A stretch of 64,000 nt of DNA, taken from Amphiscolops sp. MND2022 (lineage: Eukaryota). Every line of letters starts with the position of its first letter. The stretch's first letter is position 1. The DNA lies in assembly GCA_964187785.1 (NCBI GenBank), contig OZ076409.1, forward strand, positions 68,698,001 through 68,762,000. The letters are read 5' to 3'. Below the pieces are notes generated by a model. That model was not told where the DNA came from. It did no database searches and saw only the letters and a list, made by a program, of their open reading frames with translations. Of this stretch, positions 60,801 to 64,000 are shown piece after piece. Both the position numbers and the translations under genes were made by a program.

Positions 60801-63444
60801 GCCAAAATAAGGCTGTAAGAGAAACAATGGAATGCAACCACATTTTTTCATCTCGAAAAATAAGGCTATGAGAAAAACCATGGAATGTAACTATATTTAT
60901 TACATTTTTCCTTTTCATTTACACTTTTCCTTTATTACACTTTTCATTTTTTACAGGACGAGATCACTGAGAACTCCGTCCAACTTATTGCTGCTGAATC
61001 TGTCGTGTGTGGATCTGTTCATGGTGCTCACTTGTCAACCTATGATGATGATCGCCAGCTTCCAACAAGATTGGAAATTTGGAGACTTCGGCAAGTCTTA
61101 ATTCACCTAACATGTACAAAATACTGAAAATATCAAAGTTCATATTCCATTGAAGGTATCTCTGAAATTAATATTTCTTTCAAGATTTTTTTCTGGTTAT
61201 CATTACTTGATTGCAACACTCCGAGAATTCAGCAAATTTTTTACGGCGAAATATCAAACTAAGTAACACTACCGCAAGATATTTCAGTGACATTCGTTTT
61301 TGTGCACAATGGAATCCAAAAACTAAGCATTTGTACAAATTTCAAGTTGGACATGCATAATTTTGATCAAACGTTTTTTCAGGATGTGACTTGTATGGTG
61401 CTTTTACGTCATTTGGAGGTGTAGGCTCTATTGTGTCGATGACGGCCATTGCCTACGACAGATACATCATGATCTGCTTCGCAGCTGATGCCAACAGAAT
61501 CGCCAGCAAGGGCCGATCCCTCAAGATCGCAATCATGGCCTGGGTCTACTCGTCTATGTTCGCCATTCTGCCAGCGCTCGGTATTGGAGGATTTATTTTG
61601 GACGGTAAGTACTTGAGATTTCACTTCTAGAAATTTTGGTACCCAAAAACTGCGACGAACCATTAAACACTTTTTTATGAGGTCAGTAGTCAAGATGTCT
61701 AAAAACAGGTTCTTTCAACAAAAGGTCCACGCTTCAAATAAGACGAAAACTTGTTGAATCTTTCATTTCTTTTCATTACAATCTCATTCACATGTTTGGA
61801 AGTGCTCGGAGACCTTTTCATTTAAATTTTGACTCATGAGACAATTTGTTCTAGGTTACAAGACCAGTTGCACTTTCGACTACGTGACTCAAGACCTGAC
61901 AACCCGCAGCTTCGTCATCTTCATGTACATCATGGTGTTCTGTGTGCCCATGTTGCTCAACATGTACTTCTACTACAACATCTTCGACACCGTGCGAAAC
62001 TCCGGCGCCTCCGACAAAAAGGAGAAGAAACAGGTTAACTTTACAAATAGTGTCCCGCAAAAAACCTTAAAAGGACATCTGGAAGTGTCTACTGTTGAAA
62101 CCAGCAGAACCTGATGATTTCCAAAATGCAGATAATTCGGAACTGGAAAGCTGAGACAAAATGTGTAGTTTTAATATGCCATCAAAGAAATAGGGTCTAA
62201 TCTAACGCAATGTTTTTGTCCTTCAGCAAAACAAGGAGCTGGCCATCGCCAAAGTAGGACTGACGTGTGTAGTGTTCTTCGCAATTGCATGGACTCCTTA
62301 CGCCATTGTCGGTCTCGTCGGCCAATTCAAGGGCCCCGAAAACATCACCCCCAGATGGTCCACCCTGCCAGCCCTGTTCGCCAAGTCCGCTTGTGTCTAC
62401 AACGCCTACATCTACGGGTTCATGCACCCCAAATACCAGTAAGAGCACCTCTCCTATTCATTTTTTGGGGCGAAAACTGTCGAATCGTGCCAGATTGATA
62501 GCTAATATTGTAATTAATGGCTCTGCTATGCTTCAACAAGTTGCTGTCATGCTTGACAAGGCACAAACTTCAACAAACAATTCATACAGCCACGATGCCT
62601 ATGTACCACGAAATCGATAACAGTTTCATTGAAACATTAAAGCCCAGCTACTTAACTGATGAAGTTGGTTGTATCACAAAGAAAAAACTTGAAACTAGGA
62701 CAGTTCTCGAGGACCTCACGAAGTAAATTTTTGTTTTTTTTTCAGATACCAGATCAAGAAGCGATTCCCCTGCTTCGCCACCCCAACCGAAGCATCGACG
62801 ACTGCCGGTTCTGCGTCCCAGTCTCAAGGCAACTAAACTCTCTCATCCACATCTCTCGCTAACCCTTAACTCTATCTGCAATTCTCAATGTAGCAATACA
62901 TGTAATCTGATTCCGAATACAACCGACCAGCATGCCTGTCTGTCTACCTGCCAGTATCTCTCAAATCATATCAGAAACTAGAAGTTCCTCTAAAACTTGA
63001 ACATACAGAGTCTATAGTACGCTCGTCATAATTGCACACCGCTATTACATAAATTTGAAAAAAAAACAAGTATAAAAATGAAAAAAAATGAAAAATACGG
63101 AAAACAAAGAAATGACTAAACAGTGAATGAAAAAATACCGAGTGTGCAAATATGCGCAGCCTATTCTTATTCCTAATCTAAACTCTAGGGATTTTATTAT
63201 TCCTGATCCAAATATACGCAAATTGTAAAGGTGTCTTGCATGCTCAGTTCTTCTAAATGCTTGCTGATATTTTCATTGAATGCCGTGATTATATCCCATG
63301 AATAAAAGCTGTAACCTGAAGGTTGAGATGTTGAACTAGTTTGTCGCTGGTGTGAAGTTTGGCATCAGCGGCTATGGATTCGTGAGGTCTTCCTGTTTCT
63401 AGAAGCCGAGATAACCTGTCTATTTCTTCGTCGCGCACTTCAAC
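27789..63444 (-). CDS. CEP135: CEP135/Bld10 centrosomal coiled-coil protein; multi-exon, 5' part lies beyond the window end, 3'-most exons uncertain
   Basis: GT-AG exons join in frame: 63444-63316, 59342-59179, 58952-58814, 58455-58305, 57811-57724, 42378-42228, (41939-41904), 39107-38967, 34690-34448, 33533-33402, 32568-32387, 32056-31786, 31469-31245, 30270-29974, 29309-29100, 28436-28234, 28038-27934, 27848-27789. Peptides are collinear with CEP135 as I recall it, e.g. HLNLQVEYLQNAN, SPTRLNQMLKSIEQERDFYKKE, REREIKSLRRQLD, DLAAVRELCVKLDSTKD, KNLEDLLTANREKEF, QLTNERFERER. Confidence 0.9.
27934..28038 (-). CDS. CEP135: CEP135 exon (GSLQREIQSFKTRL...QLTNERFE)
   Basis: AG/GT boundaries; resembles the CEP135 C-terminal RQISTERYERE motif. 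Confidence 0.85.
28234..28436 (-). CDS. CEP135: CEP135 exon (LMNQLEDC...LSLSENK)
   Basis: KNLEDLLTANREKEF...EKETELQLYKERLSLSE; AG/GT boundaries. Confidence 0.9.
29100..29309 (-). CDS. CEP135: CEP135 exon (YQESTMQYESQLS...IEADQ)
   Basis: YESQLS...RELCVKLDSTKD; AG/GT boundaries. Confidence 0.9.
29974..30270 (-). CDS. CEP135: CEP135 exon (SLSQQLTRTEEERDELK...REIKE)
   Basis: 99 coiled-coil codons; AG/GT boundaries. Confidence 0.88.
31245..31469 (-). CDS. CEP135: CEP135 exon (AHQINSL...EMTRECQ)
   Basis: REREIKSLRRQLD...RLQEDLGEMTRE; AG/GT boundaries. Confidence 0.9.
31786..32056 (-). CDS. CEP135: CEP135 exon (MLVEQTEKSL...DLDNK)
   Basis: LDHEKDALQCELDLKVEKIASL; AG/GT boundaries. Confidence 0.88.
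32387..32568 (-). CDS. CEP135: CEP135 exon (VEELYQRL...ESNQL)
   Basis: Coiled coil, phase-compatible; AG/GT boundaries. Confidence 0.85.
33402..33533 (-). CDS. CEP135: CEP135 exon (RIENERDDALAELRR...LESE)
   Basis: 44 codons; AG/GT boundaries; not in the ORF track. Confidence 0.85.
34448..34690 (-). CDS. CEP135: CEP135 exon (MSTDVEVRRLTRENKELQAML...AILQ)
   Basis: ELQAMLDKCERHMSEIKTNVKILTQE; AG/GT boundaries. Confidence 0.9.
34836..35314. mobile_element. piggyBac-like MITE, copy 1
   Basis: TTAA on both sides; TIR ccttaagttggcca / tggccaagttaagg; second copy at 39172-40353. Confidence 0.75.
35793..35978. repeat. Tandem duplication of ~93 bp
   Basis: tttgttcataaacttatttatttagtg...ctttctggtaaatat occurs twice in tandem. 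Confidence 0.9.
36250..37620 (+). mobile_element. Cluster of three tandem Helentron-type (HINE-like) non-autonomous elements
   Basis: Starts aacaagacg...a(a/g)gtcggcgc near 36250, 36595 and 37144; ends gcgccgactaaaa near 37144 and 37620. Confidence 0.65.
37827..37903. repeat. Perfect 32-bp inverted repeat with a 13-nt loop
   Basis: agaattaaaggccgtgtaaactggtacagtga ... tcactgtaccagtttacacggcctttaattct. Confidence 0.9.
38967..39107 (-). CDS. CEP135: CEP135 exon (QVIQLESVVRALEDERDHYKREFERI...RSPMREK)
   Basis: 47 codons, phase 0/0, AG/GT boundaries; a second ERDxYK module. Confidence 0.8.
39172..40353. mobile_element. piggyBac-like MITE, copy 2, interrupted by a minus-strand HINE-family element (~39520-40175)
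   Basis: Same sequence as 34836-35314 on either side of the insert; TTAA flanks; insert ends gcgccgacttgggccggtcccggcttgtt. Confidence 0.75.
42228..42378 (-). CDS. CEP135: CEP135 exon (LNQMLKSIEQERDFYKKE...SKSDK), immediately 3' of the Polinton-containing intron
   Basis: AG/GT boundaries; phase 2 joins to exon 57724-57811 (SPT-R-LNQ). Confidence 0.9.
42529..42780 (+). repeat. 252-bp direct repeat, left copy, abutting the left Polinton end
   Basis: Matches 57252-57503 except one visible substitution (cactctta vs cacgctta). Confidence 0.95.
42781..43015 (+). repeat. Left terminal inverted repeat
   Basis: Reverse complement of 57069-57235, with scattered mismatches and an extra ~70-bp segment after the first ~32 bp. 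Confidence 0.85.
43440..44150 (+). repeat. Subterminal tandem array, about 5 copies of a ~146-bp unit
   Basis: ctgaaactataccatct at 43581, 43737, 43883 and 44029; the two central units appear identical. Confidence 0.9.
44298..48086 (+). CDS. polB: Protein-primed family B DNA polymerase (pPolB), split by two single-base indels in A-runs
   Basis: ExoI YADFEC, ExoII HNFSGYD, ExoIII YLKMD; Pol A YIDANNLYGWAM, Pol B KLMNNAFFGK, Pol C YMDTDS. Endonuclease-VII-like insert CWLC...RDHDHLTGKYRGAAHNICN; three N-terminal C2H2-like fingers. Extra A at ~44400-44406 and missing A at ~47294-47298 (restoring DKEKTVFDKPIYLGF). ORF-track pieces are 44419-47340 and 47322-48086. Confidence 0.93.
48244..49470 (-). 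pseudogene. Major capsid protein (double jelly-roll type) with two in-frame stops
   Basis: ~408 codons: ATG GAA TAA at the start, main ORF 49455-48364, then TGA followed in frame by LEFIFNAAIDVADYIAYALVLTPKLISISSDGQRHFDLL*. Size, beta-rich composition and motifs (YISLEFEV, PTFVIVAFQ, FYVFDLSKQ) fit a Polinton MCP. Confidence 0.78.
49581..50102 (-). CDS. Polinton membrane protein, 173 aa, central hydrophobic hairpin flanked by basic coiled segments
   Basis: VSVLAVSSTCVTLSVTGVGLVVVPIASGIGAGLCII; TAAATG start. Confidence 0.75.
   Translation of the reverse strand: MSEKLYPCLQQDQNLDLRLKEINSFNNSIQNIKDIQNFYNHEAKKYKKKSKIYKIINGLIQSIDGVSVLAVSSTCVTLSVTGVGLVVVPIASGIGAGLCIISKIAGEYLKRKEQHNIKKYTLAGRTLHDYQKLHSKCLEDNKIDLSEYNKLKQTYDLYKTNKTKLNSEFTFLG
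50126..50836 (-). CDS. Polinton hypothetical coiled-coil protein, 236 aa
   Basis: Long ORF tightly packed between neighbours; heptad-like composition. Confidence 0.7.
   Translation of the reverse strand: MSIHKFGYSAESLQKDKIGNLEKELESQTKLINLKLNDLSNTLENFDMQSTFGNLQEIIFDNGETQIVVNAKLFLDINKSIEDIKINLKYLEQDIKNKFLEKKKEIILDAAKLVEEQQTILRNHFERNLISELEKCKNQTIKDVIQLLYNKGLFDSFENKDQIFNEYLYFSDEYLLEKYGKEIKTSDGVYYLSDLDYSTREDIVKCLKKDEYKDIVDLKYRMKLTDTEINFILFEN
50854..51761 (-). pseudogene. Retroviral-like (rve) DDE integrase, frameshifted by an ~11-nt insertion near 51630-51645
   Basis: MSEKKKEIAKEIFSP...ECWSIDLI (first Asp), then a frameshift, then IIDNHTKYAWAIPLK, WSDRGKEF (second Asp), AVFVERFNRTL (Glu), YNNRVH..IKMTP, KFQVGDYVR, KGYTTNW, GKYYEQEL. 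Confidence 0.9.
51776..52825 (+). CDS. A32/FtsK-HerA-like ATPase 1 with N-terminal transmembrane helix, 349 aa
   Basis: TM FYIGLLCVIFIIVLYIYWYYI; Walker A GTSGSGKT; Walker B IILDD; FRFGRHNNIQVLYLAH; PIVRENC. Confidence 0.85.
   Translation: MNKNFYIGLLCVIFIIVLYIYWYYIKPNYYKKLYQKLKQFKGFKYSHLQRSCPPVTNKEEQELTPPNTNTNCHMLIYGTSGSGKTSFLKYYLDQTKTNFIVFGRDETEFKDNYIPLLQLENIEIEKLANRTIILDDAGAFKQLRTKVEDLFRFGRHNNIQVLYLAHYAKDVLPIVRENCFKLYITINNPDSFFETIIQTYSIKEDLKWKQYRSQLEFGVIEFDTRSQKYKILSQKYQLIYDTTKHKWSPEDYVKYESYFFTGEEYNKLKIFLEDMSDQTIEITPFNVAFYYVYYCKQNKIKVNESKIENYVERMQQPLISDQLKEEFKEIIIDQAIRFSKSNLKMGLIS
52822..52943. promoter_or_regulatory. Intergenic palindrome built from CACTAAG iterons
   Basis: 29-bp perfect arms at 52830-52858 and 52899-52927, with outer arms extending to 52822/52943. 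Function is inferred only. Confidence 0.55.
52948..53934 (+). CDS. A32-like DNA packaging ATPase 2 with N-terminal Cys-rich zinc-binding region, 328 aa
   Basis: Several CxxC pairs; Walker A GPSFCGKT; Walker B VVFDD; FTRGRHNDLDVYYLSQSYFDLPKRTIRNNSN. Confidence 0.9.
   Translation: MKCLICGKSNEKSVCSDCENKKRCKVCNILKTTNGTNINWYKYRNGKLYSTCIECFNKKVKCEFCNKEFNTTYLSKHLKRCNINHDNTNTEGALRNEIINHNENHDNNNYTNNIITNDDTDNNDIMFTGGQQSCNRTLIVGPSFCGKTHLLLNKLQLIRLDNPEQKICIITRSPEQYNKIEIEDVSVEEDLGDKSIQDFQNCCVVFDDMLDSNQKLIDPFFTRGRHNDLDVYYLSQSYFDLPKRTIRNNSNIIILFQQTLKDVEHIYRDIAGFDMSNDEFKSLCREAWRDNYNYLLINRLEDKNGKKYMICNESNLQYQIFNPQTDPF
53909..54885 (-). CDS. Polinton conserved protein (C-terminal LPSDPDELVDQLKLL domain), with a probable 1-nt deletion near the 5' end
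   Basis: Likely start ATG 54885 (MYSIHNRDDLEKLK) joins ORF 54841-53909 if one A is added to the A6 run. Contains GSGL followed by FLPSDPDELVDQLKLL...GGNDN. Confidence 0.7.
54935..55336 (-). CDS. Small basic Polinton virion protein, 133 aa, putative Zn ribbon plus amphipathic helix
   Basis: YCVGGKH...GICSSCKRNKS; EGLGNFFKHLGSAAKNVGKKIL; C-terminal GKGLYL. Confidence 0.75.
   Translation of the reverse strand: MSFSKFKNNSYCVGGKHYSATINIRGDITQNKKTGAAVKLLRGICSSCKRNKSLIVSDQTIQAEGLGNFFKHLGSAAKNVGKKILNNPGRALELAANIGTAAASKNPRMIAATAPDIIKFVHQGKGLYLGKIH
55425..56432 (-). CDS. Minor capsid (penton-like, single jelly-roll) protein, 335 aa
   Basis: C-terminal KVHLKCDCVDGSIVNG...ILFSF...PPGYKIIKEP...IQFFLEDSNHNPVDFNGETLAFTIQI, typical of Polinton minor capsid proteins. 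Confidence 0.8.
   Translation of the reverse strand: MDLSNFVTYDKKESLLLSIAKSNLDIVENTLSKPQETLEFKMNKQKESFSFDIPLELPEQWMMGVTSLEVYNTIYNITEKNNKLKILLKDEQLKSLNVDTQLVMNVEYLYKISDVKKINTFMVDSYSKNKKLIEKDFDQLKKTINQINQNIKDKTIIIPEFGIENDFVEIELPPEVYELIDINRIMKQKLSDSDFEFEFNIEADTISMKSVLTTSNPIYFNSKLNELLGFTNTHYIQGTHISEKPVMITTTDKVHLKCDCVDGSIVNGIREQILFSFNLSAPPGYKIIKEPNIILYKKINKTRLDSIQFFLEDSNHNPVDFNGETLAFTIQIIKI
56436..56618 (-). CDS. Small basic hypothetical protein, 60 aa
   Basis: Fills the gap between protease and penton genes almost exactly; TAAATG start. Confidence 0.5.
   Translation of the reverse strand: MKKINIYSAQFKIFQKPMNTNENQFDEKVIEKNNPKKKLSKQNQEFINKISANRFKQFFS
56626..57021 (-). CDS. Adenain-like (clan CE) cysteine maturation protease, 131 aa
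   Basis: GTHWV (His), YFDSYG (Asp), QIQKDDSYCAAYCL (oxyanion Gln and catalytic Cys). Confidence 0.9.
   Translation of the reverse strand: MNYLSFKEFVDKYRLKNEATSNVEIKEILKLMNTSCGIYMRDDKFITTSGIVNLHPTKGTHWVMFVNEFYFDSYGCPPPLNILNHIKKGIYSEYQIQKDDSYCAAYCLYVLYLTNIIGFKNAVLNLYYQNL
57069..57235 (-). repeat. Right terminal inverted repeat
   Basis: Ends ...taggaaggggaattcgattactact; reverse complement of the left end. Confidence 0.85.
57252..57503 (+). repeat. 252-bp direct repeat, right copy
   Basis: Matches 42529-42780; separated from the right TIR by 16 nt (ttattaagtgaaaaga). Confidence 0.95.
57724..57811 (-). CDS. CEP135: CEP135 exon (RNLLTELEKMRLKKGG...VSPT)
   Basis: AG/GT boundaries; phases fit both neighbours. 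Confidence 0.85.
58305..58455 (-). CDS. CEP135: CEP135 exon (ENEKLKKRLE...EELSKN)
   Basis: AG/GT boundaries; coiled coil. Confidence 0.85.
58814..58952 (-). CDS. CEP135: CEP135 exon (LAEKISLEKEHALNIADREVHDAK...)
   Basis: AG/GT boundaries; resembles the CEP135 LETADKELGEAK region. Confidence 0.85.
59179..59342 (-). CDS. CEP135: CEP135 exon (VEYLQNANRALE...ELEITE)
   Basis: AG/GT boundaries; resembles CEP135 VDFLQQAN. Confidence 0.88.
60393..62836 (+). CDS. Rhabdomeric (Gq-coupled, melanopsin-like) opsin, 6 exons
   Basis: Exons 60393-60553, 60957-61090, 61383-61604, 61855-62033, 62227-62438, 62746-62836 join in frame. Motifs: GN in TM1, LRTPSNLLLLNL, GCDLYG, IAYDRY, TSCTFDY, WTPYA, PALFAKS (retinal-binding Lys296 equivalent) and HPKY. 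Confidence 0.92.
63316..63444 (-). CDS. CEP135: CEP135 exon (VEVRDEEIDRLSRLLETGRP...KLVQHLNLQ)
   Basis: 43 codons, AG/GT boundaries; resembles CEP135 EREIERL...GGR...EKLIAHLNIQ; not in the ORF track. Confidence 0.88.
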
Positions 63445-64000
63445 CTAAAAATGAATAATTCATAAACTAGGTGAAAAATAATTGGAGGTTAAAATGAAAA
63501 TTGTCATAAATCGCTAATTAGGAAACCTCTACAGCGAAACACAACACTATGTAAATTATCAGCTTTGAAGCGTCTCAAAAATGCTGTTTCAAACTGTCAC
63601 GGCGTACTTTGCTGGTTATTATTCAAAATTTTGAACATGTAAATCGTGTAGACATTTTTATTAGTCTTCATATTATCCCATATTACACAATTTCATTCCG
63701 CTCGAAATAATTAAAACAAGACAGGCACGTCTCAAGTCGGCGCCCAGCTTGAGGCTCAAGATGAGCTTTTTAAAATTTGCTCAATATCTCAAATAAAAGC
63801 GTACCAAAAATACCCAAAGGAGTACCTTTCGCGCTCGGAAAATTTTCTGTAAATGAAAACCTCAAAGAAACATCAAATAGATCAAAGACCTTTTTCGAAA
63901 GTCATAGAGTAATAATAATCAAAGAATTTATCAGGGTGCACTGTATTTAATTTTTCATAATTTGAGTACAATATATGCTATATAAAATCGTAGAGAAATA

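Overview
This is AT-rich, repeat-dense eukaryotic (invertebrate metazoan) genomic DNA with one N-gap (20812-21011). Host genes: (1) an intronless class-A GPCR with a very long third intracellular loop (14006-15580,+); (2) a multi-exon centriolar coiled-coil gene, CEP135/Bld10, on the minus strand from about 27.8 kb to beyond the window end; (3) a complete six-exon rhabdomeric-type opsin (60393-62836,+) nested antisense inside one CEP135 intron. The main element is a ~14.5 kb Maverick/Polinton (endogenous polintovirus; 42781-57235, AGTAGT...ACTACT ends) in another CEP135 intron. It encodes pPolB, major and minor capsid proteins, an rve integrase, an adenain-like protease and, unusually, two tandem A32-like packaging ATPases, one with an N-terminal membrane anchor. 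It has no 6-bp target-site duplication. Instead it is bracketed by a 252-bp near-perfect direct repeat. It also carries recurrent GC-rich mini-hairpins, both inside ORFs and after stop codons, and most of its genes start with TAAATG. Several element genes carry inactivating lesions. The rest of the window is a ~1.34-kb higher-order satellite, Gypsy remnants, a probable solo LTR, Helentron-type non-autonomous elements and several MITEs. All family calls come from motif recognition by eye; no database searches were run.
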